Shown here: positions 15,010 through 28,134 of the stretch, in pieces
How the letters are laid out: each line of letters begins with the position of its first letter
How positions within the stretch are numbered: the stretch's first letter is position 1
Assembly: GCA_904063045.1 (NCBI GenBank)
Contig: CAJFCJ010000007.1
Location: forward strand, 2,487,404-2,551,403
Length of the DNA: 64,000 nucleotides
Reading direction: 5' to 3'
From: Dimorphilus gyrociliatus
Taxonomy: Eukaryota > Animalia > Annelida
Translations under genes and position numbers: made by a program
The notes under the pieces: model-generated
What the model was told of the DNA's origin: nothing
Seen by the model: the letters and a program-made list of their open reading frames with translations, nothing else
Database searches by the model: none

Positions 15010-16293
15010 TTAATGCCAAGGCACTTGGTTCTTTGATAAGGGAGGGTAGAGGGATTTCGATCTTTTGTCGCCATGGTCATTCATGTAGTCAACAGAACTA
15101 AGTCTCATACCATCTCCTTTCAAGGTTGCAATACACTTCCAAGGTGACAAGTAGTTGGCTGTAATTTTCATAATAAATATGAAATAAAACGAACAGTGCT
15201 ATTTCAAATAAAAAATACCCTTCCATAGCTTAACACAGCCATCTTCTCCTGAACTAGCTAATATCGTACCGGTAACATTCCAACATACTCTCCAAACTTT
15301 TGAAGTATATTCCTCAAAACAAACAAGTTGTTTAACTTCTAAAGAAGCTTTAGCAACTGAGTCTTTCCTGCAAAATAAAATAGATGGAATATTGATATAA
15401 ACATTTGAAAGCTTCATACTTTATTGGCTTAATGGAGAAGATGTATAAATGCTTGGAAGCGACTGCTAAAGTATGGTAATTTCTGCCTAAATTAGGAGCA
15501 AAAGATACATCTCGAACAGTTTCCGTTATCGTAGAGAAAGCTTCAACTTTCATCCATTTCCTACTTCCCTGGCCATATTCATACAGTATAACATGAGCTT
15601 CCTTGCTCGCCGGTTGATTTGGAAGATTAGAATCATAACAGCCAACAGCAATCATAGGTGGATGAACACGAGACGAACTCCAAGACAGACAGCTACAGCT
15701 TAGATTAGCTGAAGGAGCAACGTCATCATGTTTAGTCCAACTTCCTAAACTCATTATGTCCTGAGCCTCATAGATTCTAATATAACCATCTTGAGAACAG
15801 GTAGCTAACTGTAGACCTAGATGCCTCGGGGCAAATTTTACATCAGTAACTGAAGTTCTACTGTCGACTAAGCTGCAGCGTTTAATCCAATGACTCTTCT
15901 TTCCATCTTTTGATTCACCGGCTGAAAATGTCAATATATGATACTTGAAAAATGATAAGTGGAGAATACGTACGCATTTCCTCCCATACTGCAGCGGTAC
16001 GGTCAAAAGAGCAAGTAGCGATTAGTTGCCCAAATTCTGGATGAGCCCAGGCCACCCTCCAAACTGAACCATTATGTGTTTTCCAACTTGCGGTACACTT
16101 CCATTCTCCATCTTCTAAGTCCCATATCTACAAAAAACATACTCGTGCTGAGCGATAATATATATCTGGCGCTCATAGCTACCTTTACTGTTTGATCACT
16201 AGAACAAGTTGCCATTCTACGTCCATGAAAATCATAGGCTACATCATGGATAAGATCCAAGTGCTCAGCTTCAATAACTTTGTCCGTATACAT
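15010..16293 (-). CDS. SEH1L: Nucleoporin/GATOR2 subunit SEH1 (WD40)
   Basis: Exon 1 (16183-16293) [27 protein letters not shown]; exon 2 [20 protein letters not shown]; then [18 protein letters not shown] and [27 protein letters not shown]. Last exon 15010-15158 ends ...KNQVPWH*. Confidence 0.95.
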
Positions 16294-16545
16294 GATTTAG
16301 TTTGAATTTATCGACTAAATTAGTAGGACTTTATTGCACTTAGATTCGAAGCGCCATCTATTAGGTAATACAGTCCAAATATCATCTCTACTCTAAACGT
16401 TTCCTTAAATTCGCTGTTAGGCCTACAAGCACCAAAGGATGAATTGTTTATGATATTTTATGTCGACAGAAACTGAATAGCAGGTAATTATTACGATTAC
16501 ATTATATAAAGGCATTAGCCCTTCGTCTCGAACGAAACTAGTCTA
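16294..16545. promoter_or_regulatory. Bidirectional promoter SEH1/NEURL2 with a CTCF-like core
   Basis: Head-to-head ATGs 252 nt apart; TAGATGGCGC on the minus strand at 16351-16360. Confidence 0.55.
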
Positions 16546-17416
16546 ATGCCGCTGACAAAATTCCACGAATATCACGGGAAAAACATCTGGCTAAAAGAAG
16601 AAGGGATGGTGGCTAGGAGATCGCAGAGTTTTGCACACGCTTTAACGTTTAGCAGCCAACCATTAAGGAATCGGGAGATATTCTTATTAGAAATTGAAGA
16701 AAATGAAAGGGGTTGGAGTGGTCATCTCCGAATAGGGCTTACACAATTAGATCCGTCTTCAAAATTCACTCTACCTCAGTATGCTCTACCTGATTTAGCC
16801 AATATGGGTCGAACGTGGACCATGGCAGTCACTAAAACTAAAACAGGCATTGCAGTCCCCGAAGATGATGACACAATAGCAGTAGACATTGATCTCCCCC
16901 CTCCAGCTCGGTTGCTATCGCCCGATGGAGAATATATTACAACTAGCCAAGGTCGATTGAGAAAGAATGTTCTTCAGTCAACCCGAAAAGGAAAGCAAGA
17001 TGAGTTACTACCTACAGACGTTGGTAGTAGGATAGGCGTTCTCTTCTCAGAGAACGGCAATAACAGAGCCGACATGCATTTCATAATAAATGGTGAAGAT
17101 GGTGGATGTTATGCTCGAAATATTCCCTATAAGAATGCCCCAATTTACGCCGTTGTAGACGTATATGGAACAACAAAGCAAGTCAGAATAGTTCAATTGA
17201 ATATAGGTAACCATCAAATAACATACATAGATCGAAAAACGAAAATTACAATGTCTATTGATTACTAATGAGTATAAACCATTTATTTCAATCATTACAG
17301 TTGCTAATTTACAAGATTTGTGTAAAGATACAATTCTTCGCCATACTATAAAGAAAAATGTTGAATTCTTACCACTTCCTCTGCCTATGAAAGCCTTTTT
17401 ACGCGACGAGTGTTGA
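16546..17416 (+). CDS. NEURL2: Neuralized-like protein 2 (NHR domain + SOCS box)
   Basis: Exon 16546-17206 is an NHR domain (FHEYHGKNI...GWSGHLRIGLT...YAVVDVYGTTKQV). Exon 17301-17416 is a SOCS box: VANLQDLCKDTILRH...LPLPLPMKAFL. Confidence 0.9.
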
Positions 17417-18392
17417 CAGTTTTTTCTAATATCTGTATCTGTACAGTCTCTAATAAATAACGATTTAATATACGATTAATTCTCCATAATAAAAAAATTC
17501 GAATGTCTATCATAAGGTTCAGCGAACTATATCCAGTTTATTGGAGGGAAAAAAATTAATATTTCCTCTAGTCTGGTTTCATATTCTCTTTAGATCTTAA
17601 TTACAAGGCTTACAGCATTAGAAGTATTTTAATATAACTAGTCTACTTTATTTACAGCTTAAAGAGTTTTATACTTATTTCAGTACTTTTTCTATCTATT
17701 ATTTCATAGATTATTGCCTCATTCTCTGGAAAATGATTTCTCATTTGCAGGTAAGGTTATTGGAAAAACAACTACTTTTTTGAGTGCGTTATGTCACGCT
17801 GATCCGGTCCATCATGACACTGATAGTGTAAAATTGATATGATTGATAAAAGGAAGATTTGTCTAATGTGATCTATTCTTGTACATACAATATACGAATC
17901 ATTTTTAATGTGTGTATATTTGAAGGTGTATCATTTACTAATGATCTGATCTATTATTGTCCTTAAAAGTGATTTAGCAGTAGTAATAAGTTAGTGCTTT
18001 GGAAATTTTGACTGGTTAGCGGAATGATAATATGTTTTTACACCGATGTTAGTCATTTAATCAACTATTTACTCATATTGGCTTACAGATTAAAGTTTTT
18101 TTACCATATCAAATGGCTTATATGAGAATTCAATTGATTTTTTACGAATTTACTCTCCTCTGCTTTCTAAAACCTTTCTGATATTGGAAACCCAATAGAC
18201 CAACCATGTTTGGAGTTAGACGCGGGAAAGTATTCACCGGTTGATCGAACCGGTTTACGAACACCGTTCCAATGGCCGTTACAACGCAAAGGCGATAAAA
18301 CGCGGTAGAAATTTTTCTTTCCAATTCCGTGATATATACTATCAAAATAGAGATTTTAAGTAGATTTTTGGATATAAACTTTTTTTAACGGA

Positions 18393-21349
18393 ATGCCTGT
18401 TAAAGAAAGTCTTGATTTCTCAGTCCTACTGTTTAAAGGAGGTTGTTTTGTAAGTACTGATAATAGGTATCAGCGAATATTTTTTAAGTATAAATTTTCA
18501 ACAGACGGAAGGAAGAATTAAATTCACTTTGGAAGATATAACCATAAAAGAAAAAGATGAATCTGAAACAAACTCTGTAAAGTACGAGGATATAGATGGC
18601 ATGTTCTGGTTCAGCAGAAGCCGTGGTCATTGCTTGAGGATTAGATTAATTGATGAACGGTGTATTTTGCTTGACGGATTTCATTCATCCGTAAGGAACT
18701 CGAGATAATTTTGTAACTGATTATAATTTAGTAGTATATCACAGGATCATGATAAATTATCCGCCTTTCTCGACAAACATCATGGAATAGAGTTACAAAA
18801 ACAGTTTAGATCATTCAAAGGATGGAACTGGGGAAGCACAAACTTCCGAGGTTAATAATAATATCAATTCAATCATAAACTACTTAAGGATATTAATATT
18901 ATTTTATTTTAGGGAATACAATGGAATTTAACGTCGAAAGTAAATTAGCTTTCGAAATACCATTGAATGAAGTGTCCCGGTGTACAACTAGTAAAAATGA
19001 AGTTACTCTAAGTTTTCATCAACATGAAGAAGCACCAATAACTTTAACAGAAATGAGATTTCATATACCGACTGAACAAAAGGTCGATGAAGGAGATCCT
19101 GTTGAGGTAAACACTAATATTAAATTCTTAATGTTTTAGTCTCTAATTTGCTTTTTATTAAAGAATTTCTATGACAAAGTAATGAATAAAGCTGACACAA
19201 TTCAAGCTACTGGTGATGCTATAGCAAGATTTGACGAAGTATCATGTTTAACCCCCAGGTAAAACATTATTAAGGATAATCTTTTTGTAAAGGGTTTAAT
19301 TAACTTAATTTCCATATATTCCAGAGGTCGTTATGATATTAAAATGTATGCATCATTTTTACAACTGCACGGAAAAACTTTCGATTATAAAATTCCATAC
19401 AATGACATCCTGCGACTTTTTTCACTACCACACAAAGATAGGAAATCTGAATACTTTGTCCTTCATGTAGATCCGCCAATAAAACAAGGCCAAACGCGAT
19501 ACCATTTTCTTATTTGTACATTTGACCGTTACGAAGATGATAGTGAGATTGAAATTGATTTATCAGAGTAAGCTATTGTTTCAAATTAAGATTGTGATGT
19601 AAACACATTGTGATTGTGATGTTGAATATCTTTTTCCTTTATCATAGGAAAGACTTAAAAAGATACGAAGGAAAATTGGAGAAAAAAATGACGGGTCAAC
19701 CGATTGATTTGATTAGTAGTGTTATGACAGCTTTAACAAGGAAAAAAATTTCAGTTCCTGGCTCTTTCACTGCTTTCAGTAAAGCTAAATGTGTTAGCTG
19801 CTCGCATAAAGCGTCAACTGGATTTCTATATCCTTTGGAAAAGGGTTTCATATTCGTTCACAAACCACCTGTTTATATACGGTTCGATGAATTGTCGCAT
19901 GTCAATTTTAGTAGGTCAATGACCAGTACAAGAAGCTTTGATTTAGAAGTTGAAACAAGACAAAATCAGACTTTTACATTTAGCAGCATTGAAAAGTAGG
20001 TTCATTAATGATAAACTCGAAGTTGTTCCCTAATGTTGATTGTTTATAGAGACGAATACGGAAAAATGCAAGAGTTCTTGAAAAAGAAGAATATTAAATT
20101 AAAGAGTACAGGCCAAGCGGTTAATAACTTTTTCTTTCGCTTTTCAAAATTTTATCAATTAAATTATCACAAATTGCCATGTTATTTTATAATATTTATT
20201 GACTGTTTTAAATAGGACGTGAAAAGTACAGAGGCACGTAAGCACGATGCCTACTTGGAAATGATGAAAAAAGAAGGATTGGCAAAAGATGATGACGATG
20301 ACGAATCCAACGAAGAAAGTGACGAAGATTTCGTTGCTGAGGGTAGCGGAAGCGACGTTGCTGAAGAGTAAAATTTACTATCATTTAATTTTTAGTTTAA
20401 GAGAACTACTTTTTTATTATTCAGATTTGATTCTGATCATGAGACATCTGAGAGTGATGCTGAAAGTGGAGATGACTCCCCAAGTAAGAAAGAAAAGCCC
20501 GTTGTAGAGAAAAAACCAGAAGTAAAACCACAAAAAAAAGAAAAAAAGCCAAAACCAGTGGTACAATATAAAGATACATATATACAATTAATTTATCATT
20601 AAAAAACATGTTTATGTTCTTTAGAAAGAAAAGCAGTCGAAAAAAGAAAAAGGAAAGGGAAAGAAAAAAGATAAAAATGCGCCAAAGAGGCCTCTATCCG
20701 CTTATTTCATTTGGTTGGGTGAGAATAGAGAAAAAATTAAACGGGAAAATCCAGGAATTGCTTTTACTGAAGTTACTAAGAAGGGTTCGGAAATGTGGAA
20801 TAGCTTGAGCGATAAAACAGTATATATATAATTGATAAACCCATATAAATAAGCACTGGTGTGATTAATTTTTTTCTGTAGAAATGGAATAAGGCTGCTG
20901 AGAAAGCGAAAGCTAAGTATGCAGAAGAAATGGAAGAGTATAAACGAAAATTGAAAACAGGGGAAATCCAATCGTCAGAGTAATAAAATTTTCCCTATTT
21001 TTTAAATGATGAGCAACAAATATCAGGCATTTTTTTTTATCTAGACCTGTGAAAGGCAGTCCGAAGAAGAGTAGAGCTAAAAAAGTGGTTTCTCCATCTA
21101 AAGCATCGGGAGGGGGTACAGGTTCAGGATACAAGAGTAAAGAATTTATTGAAGAATCATCATCTAGTTCGGAAGAAGAGAGTCCGCCAAAGAAAGCAAG
21201 AAAGGAAGAGGTAAAGTTATTAACTTTGATATTTCATCGAATCAACTGTTTGATTAATTCTATTCATATCATTTCAGCCTGAATCATCATCTGAAGATGA
21301 CAGTGAAGATTCTAGAAGTGATTCTGAATCTGAAGATTACAGCGATTAG
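18393..21349 (+). CDS. SSRP1: FACT complex subunit SSRP1 (multi-exon)
   Basis: Exons give FKGWNWG, FEIPLNEVS, LHGKTFDYKIPY, DPPIKQGQTRYHFL, GFLYPLEKGFIFVHKPP, an acidic region, an HMG box (APKRPLSAYFIWL) and an acidic Ser-rich tail ending at TAG 21347-21349. The start ATG at 18393 is inferred. Confidence 0.95.
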
Positions 21350-21887
21350 TTTTGCAAAATTGATGTTTCTTTTATCGACCTTGTAATTATTCATGTCTTG
21401 TTCGATCGAATAAACGTAAAATTTATATAAAAATGTTTGCCTATAAAAACTTTATACTTTTGATTTTCATACCATGTTCCTCATAGTAAGGATTGTTTAC
21501 AGTCAAATAAACGCAAGGATTTATAAGGTAAAGTATCCTTTTACTTCTAAAATACCAATATACATAATATTTGTTGTGGTTCAATAGGTCTCTGAAATAG
21601 CAAACCTATTATTAGCGTAAGCTAATGAAAAGCAGATAGATTCGTGCCTACACATTACATTAACTGATTAGAACTAATGTTACATCGATTCATAAGAAAC
21701 ACATTACGTTTATATATGAGCATATACAGTGTATATATATTTATAGTCACTATGTAAAAAGTCTCTTTCCCTAATGAATGGGATCTACTAATGTAAAAGA
21801 GACGAACTCAAGAGAGCTTCATTAGACTATATGTTCTCGTTGAGGAGGTTTAATAGTTTATTGTCACTAACTGAACATTACCGACTA

Positions 21888-23577
21888 ATGGAGCTCAAAG
21901 GAAAGCATTTAATTGTAGCGGCGAGATGCAATGTAAGTAAATAAATGCATAGTCAAAAAAGATGGTAATTATTATTATTTATGTACTAACACCTTACAGT
22001 ATCGTCCATTTTGCTATAGCCTAAAAAGTCACAGCAAACCACGTGGAGTCATCATTGAAGTTTTGGATACAATGACAAAGATTTATCATTTTAACTACTC
22101 TTTAATTGAACCACCTGACGGATACTATGGTTCAAAGTTACCAAATGGTAGCTGGAATGGTATGATGGGGCAGATACAAAGAAAGGAAGTTGACTTAGGA
22201 TCTCTATTAACTATTACTACTTCTCGTAGGAATGTGGTTGATTTCTCAGAGCCTATTTTCACAGATTATATTACTGGGTTGTACAAATTACCCGATTCGT
22301 CTTTGAAGCTCTTTTTCTACGTTTACTCTTTCAATTGGCTTGTCTGGCTCCTACTGTCAATCGCCATTTTGGCGCTTACACTACTCTTGTGGTCCCACAG
22401 TAAGAACTATGGCCAAATAGTTTGGTTCATCTTTGGAACATTATTTAATCAGAGCGGAAATATTCATTGTTCAAAATTTATCAAATGTCGGATACTGTTA
22501 GGATTCTGGTGGATATTTTTGATAACGTTTGTCAGTTTATATACAGGTTTTCTTGTATCATCGTTGACAGTAGCATCTTCAAAATTACCAATACAATCAC
22601 TTAGAGACCTGGTTGATTCAGGAGTATATTTCCCACTTTCAGAAAAGAATACAGCTTTATCAAATTATCTTGCCGAGACTAAAATTGGTATCTATAAAAG
22701 ATTGAACGAAAAACTGATAGATTTTAACGGACTTGTATCATTTAACATAAATGATACAATGAATTTAATTTTGAATAAAAGAGCCGTTTTTCTCTACGAC
22801 ACCGTTTTCCTGCAAGACACAAAGAATACTTTTGACAAAGGAGTTTGTAATTTGTCAGCAATGAAAGAGATATTTTTTGAAAGTCGATTCAGTTTCGCAT
22901 TTCCAAAAAAGTCGTTATATGTACCAATCTTTTCGCATCAGTAAGTAATTATATTATCAATATGTATTTTTACTGTTCTTTTAAAAAGGTTTTAAGAAAA
23001 TGATGATTATATATAATTAAAAACCTATTACGATCTTTCTATATCTCAGGAAATATCTTTAAAATGTATAATCCACCCTAAAGATATAATATTATTTATA
23101 TTCTTAATTTTAAACAGTATAAACTCTCTCTTTGAAGCTGGTTTAATCCAACAATGGATGATTAATCATCAACAGTCTAGAATATGCAACTTACCATCCG
23201 TTGCCACCGCTAAAACAGTACGTAAAAAATAGTAAACATACTTTGTATTTCAATTAGGCAAACATTTACAAACTTACGAGTAACATAAAGAAATGTATAT
23301 ATCTATTTAAACTTAAACAATATATCTTAAATGACAATAAAAGAACAATAATTCTATACCAAAATAGATTACACTGAAAGAGCTAATGGGAGCTTTCTTA
23401 CTGCTTGGTTCGGGCTTAGTGCTCTCGAGCTTGCTTTTATTACTGGAAAATTGCGGAGTTTGTTGTTGTAGAATAAAAAGAAATATAAAGAGAGATAAAT
23501 TAAAAATTAATACTGAACTTTTAAAATTCTCACCAAGAGCCGGAAATTGGATGGAACGTATTCTTAAAAAACCGTAA
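21888..23577 (+). CDS. Variant ionotropic receptor (IR / iGluR-like) without an amino-terminal domain
   Basis: In-frame exons 21888-21932, 22000-22940, 23118-23217 and 23368-23577. S1 motif PPDGYYGSKLPNGSWNGMMGQIQRKEVD...TITTSRRNVVDFS, M1-pore-M3 (FWWIFLITFVSLYTGFLVSSLT), S2 and M4 (LMGAFLLLGSGL). Confidence 0.87.
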
Positions 23578-23704
23578 GCGACTTTTATGTACATTGTCGA
23601 TTAGTTTGTCATATATAATCGAACAGTATAAATGAAAATCTATTGAACATTAAATATATAAAAAGACTATTGAATGATAGTTTTCTTCGTCATTTTAATT
23701 CGGA

Positions 23705-25195
23705 ATGTGGTTAGATATCATTCTTTTGGGTGTAGTGGTCTACGTATCGTCTAGTTCTCGTATACCGGACGATCCAGAGAAATGTCTTTATTGGAAGCGA
23801 GACACAATAATTTCAAATAGAACTGATATCGCTATGGCAAACTCTGAGAAGAGAGCTGTTAACGCTTCATCGTGCGCTTCTTTTTGTTTGAATGTATATC
23901 CAGACTGTCGAGCTAGTAGTTATACGGCCGAGACAAGTACGTGTAAAATGTTTACGTATGCTAAAGTGGAAAAGGATTTAGTCGTTGAAATTGGAACGGA
24001 GTATTTAGTTGTGGGAAAAGGAGCCTTAGAGCCGGATGGAGTCAAAGTATAAAAAGTAACAGTTATCTTATTCATTCCTAAACTCTTTCCCTTTTTTTAC
24101 CATCTGAAAAGCCCAACTTGGCAAATTCGTCTATTGATGGAAATTATACATGCAGAAGCGGCTGGAAACAATTCGGATCGTATTGTTATCAATACGTAAG
24201 ACAACCCGCAATATTCACTGTCGCTGACTTCAAATGCCAACATTTCGGAGGCGATTTAGTCAGCATACACTCAAGGAAGGAGAACGAATTCGTTGTAAAT
24301 TTAATGTAAGACTTAACAAAGCTATTTATACAACTGAAATATAACATAAAAGAATATGTACTCATTATTTTCCATGTTCCTCATTCTCTCTCTGTCCCTC
24401 TTTTTTTGATTCGCTTCATTTGACACTAATGAATGATTCATACAGAACTGCTGGACCAAAAATCTATACAGGACTCCTCAAGGAATCGGGAGTATCAGCT
24501 GTTCAAAACTTTTTATGGACGGATGGATCTAAGGTTACTTACTATAATTGGGAACATGGAGAGCCCAATAATGTACCGGCACCTGCCAATTGTGTCCACA
24601 TTCAAAGAGGTATAAAAGAACACAAATGGCAAGATTCCAGCTGCTATGAAGAAGTCCCTTATGTATGCAAGAAGAAGGGAGAGTTGAAGGTCACTTCTTA
24701 ATTTAATTACTTCAATTGCTGTACACACACCTTGCATGTTTAGTGCATTAAAAAAATGCTTTTATTTCTTAATTGATTTCATACTCTCCCCCCTTCTCTG
24801 CCTTTCCTCTCTCTCTCCCAATGCTAATATTAAAGAGAACAAAGAAAAATGCTTAGAACGCCACCTCTCTGTATTATTGTAAGTAATTACTGAATAGTGT
24901 AAGAGTGATGATATTGTCGCCCAAGGAAAGTTGGTTTCTTAGCCTCGGCGTTCTTTCCGCAGTCGTTTCTATTCTTTCTGTGATCTACCTGTATATTTAT
25001 TTCTGTAAAATTCGACCCCGTAGACGACGTCGACTTTATCCAGATAGAACAGAAACTGAATCTGCATCTAAAAAACCTCAACTCTTCTTGCTGTGGCATT
25101 ATACGAGAAGAACGAAAAAGGAGAAGGATTGCCCCGACGGTCTGGACTGTCGGAATCATTCTCCAACGCCAAATAATTCCATGTCTAAATATTGA
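23705..25195 (+). CDS. Signal peptide + PAN/apple domain + C-type lectin domain, probably TM-anchored
   Basis: Exons 23705-24046 (signal peptide, PAN CASFC..C.ASSY), 24112-24305 and 24446-~24682 (CTLD: CRSGWKQFGSYCY, WTDGS, NWEHGEPNN, NCV, WQDSSC, YVCKK). Linking to 24836-24878 and the TM/basic-tail exon 24926-25195 is in frame but uses a weak donor. Confidence 0.78.
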
Positions 25196-26058
25196 TCATA
25201 AGTACTCTTTTCTATTGATTTCTATAAAAAGCAAAATATAAAAAATATGATGTTTGTAATTGTTTCATATAATCGTAGTATCTGTTACATGTAGACAAGG
25301 GGAATAATTAGGGGTATCGAATAGTACGCCGCACGTTGCTATTTAGCATTGAAAAGAACATTTCCATGGAAACGAAGGAATGCTTCTAAATTCCTTTCTA
25401 CATTGAAATTTTACGGGGAGGAAGGAAAATAACTAGACATAAATAAGAAAAAAAGAAATATTTGTAACAGTTTAAGGATGAATCTGTGCAAGATAGAACA
25501 AGACAATCATAGGGTAGCTGTAAATAACAAATCATCACTCTTATAGAGATATATTGTTGAAATTAGATTGAAGACCTCTAGCGTTAGAGAAGGGAAGGAG
25601 AATAATTTTTTAAATTAAAAGAGAATACTTTAATAACAAGTGAAAAAAATAGCTTTTCTTAAAATTTAAAAAGATAAAGGGAAAATGAATGAATAGAAAG
25701 AAAGAGAAGGATATAAAAGAGAAGAAGACGAAGAAAAAGAAAAAGAAAAGAAGATAAATCGATTATTAAATATAATAAAAAAAAAAACTTAGGTAGATCA
25801 GACTTTTGATTTATATTTGTAGAAAAAAGGGAAGAAGAAAAGGAAACACTCGAATATACAACGTATATAATATGTTTCAATAAGAAGAAAATCTAGTTGG
25901 AGGTGCACATATCTGATGCACACAATACGTAAGATATATTTATAGATGATGTTAAAAACATACATATGACGTATATTATATTTACATCTACATGGAAATA
26001 TATAGTATATACATATGTACTTATATACTTTATACATATAATGTACACATATACAGTA

Positions 26059-26084
26059 TCTCTCTCTCTCTCTCTCTCTCTCTC
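26059..26084. repeat. (CT)n microsatellite
   Basis: Direct reading. Confidence 0.9.
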
Positions 26085-26168
26085 CATCTTTTAGCAGCCT
26101 TCTAAACGCTTAAATACTTTTGATCTTGTAATTTTCATCTTCTCTTCTTTGTAAAAAATATACCTGCT

Positions 26169-28102
26169 TTAATTATGATTGGTAAAATATAGTGACCTGT
26201 CGTAATTAGGCACTTGGGAATAATAAACAGCACTGGCGTTCCTATAAGGTTTTATAAGGGATAAGTTAGTTTGTCCATCTCCCAAAATATCTGGTGGTAT
26301 ATCTTCATTTTCATTTTCAAATTTGCAGCATTTTCTTGTTCCCAAAACAGCCACGTTATTATATTTATCATAAATATCTTCAGTTGGTATCCTTCTACTC
26401 TTTTTCTTCTTTTTTGCCAATCTTCTGATAATGTTTTCAAAAGAAAAAAGTCGTACTTTGGGAATCAATAAAAATCCAGTTTATTACATTATACTTTACT
26501 CACCTCCGTAAAAGGAGCAGAACTAAAGCGGGCAGAAGAAAGGCAATTGCTAATGCTATTATTACGGTCAAGGCCATCGATATTCCTAATTGAAAAATTT
26601 TAAGTCACGCATTTTATTCTATAAAACAAGATATCCGATAAAAGAGGAGATGCTTACCGTGAGGCATTGATAACTGACTAGCGCCATCTGCATTATTTTT
26701 GGGAGATGTTGGATTGCAGTTGACTGTTGGTCCTATCCATTTATGTCCGACGCAAGTATGCTTATAAATATGGCCATCTGCGCGGCAAGTTATTTCGGCG
26801 GTTACTGAGTCGTGTAATATTTTCACTTGGATATTCTTTTCGGCAAAGTATAAGTGCGGACATCCGATATAATCATAGGTAACGAATATCCTCTCCTCGT
26901 CAAATCGGTGAGTATGAAAGTTTGTCAACGAGATATTCAAACGGCTACTTTCCGATTCGTAAGAATATCTTGTAACTTTATTATTCCGAAATTCGAATTT
27001 CTTAACAGAGCGTCCCGCTTCCCAAATATCCAATGATACATCGTAAGGTACTGAAATGCCATAGATTTTGACCCTAATTCGCTGACCTTCTTTCGCTTGA
27101 ATTTGACTAGAGCATGATGTATTTGGAAAAAGGACGGCAGATGGCGCAGAAGAGGAGAGTCTCCGACTGATTCTACAGGGTAATTTACGTTCTGCAAATA
27201 AGAGTGTAAGTTTAGAACTGATCCCCGTTTGTTGCTAGTGTGACGATAGAACAGGCCTAATAAACGATTTAACCGCATACAAATAACCTTTTTAACAAAC
27301 TTTTTCATTCATCATTACATAGCCTTTTGATGAAGCCGTTAACGTTCGTTTTAGACGCATGCACGTCTTTCTAAACACGCATCTGTCGGACTTCTCGAAA
27401 CCTTTTCGAATAAACTCAGTCGATCGAGTTTGACAAGGCGTCGAATCGACCGTCTGACTGTAATTCGACGCGAAATGACTATACGGAAATGTTTGATGTT
27501 TTGTTTCACGCATCGCGTAGGCTGGTCATTGCGAATTTTTCCGACGGCTTTCAACGCTGCGCGTTCTTTTTACATAATCGATTTCGTATAAAGTTTCATA
27601 TAATGCAAAAACCGATCGATCAATTCACCTTTAATGCAGACATATTCCACTTCTAGATAATTTTTTAAGTCTATCGAATTGCAGGGATCTATGTTATCCA
27701 AGTCTTCATTTGGAACAAGAAAGGAACACCTCTTCTTTCCTGAGCATTTCTTATCTAAATAGTCAATTATATTACTGGAGCAATTTACCCATCTAAAATA
27801 AAGCTCTAATAAGATTCATAAGCTTAGTAAGTAAACTTTATTATTACCCAAGAGTACGTTCAATGCAATGTCCTTTTTTCATTCTCCCCCATAGAGCTTT
27901 CTTTATTATTATAGTTTCATCTTCTAGGCAATCAGCTTTAAATTCGTTCACTTGGCACACGGTCTCAGTTTTCAAGTCGGCTATAGAAAAAAGGAGAAAA
28001 AAAATGCAAATGCTTCGTTGAGTTAAATATATAAATAAAGATATCAAATTATATATATATATATACAATATATGGTTTAGGACAGTCAAGGATATATTAC
28101 TA

Positions 28103-28134
<32 letters not shown>

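Noticed and set aside
17417-18200. Box C/D snoRNA
   Set aside because: I found no properly paired RTGATGA and CTGA boxes on either strand by eye.
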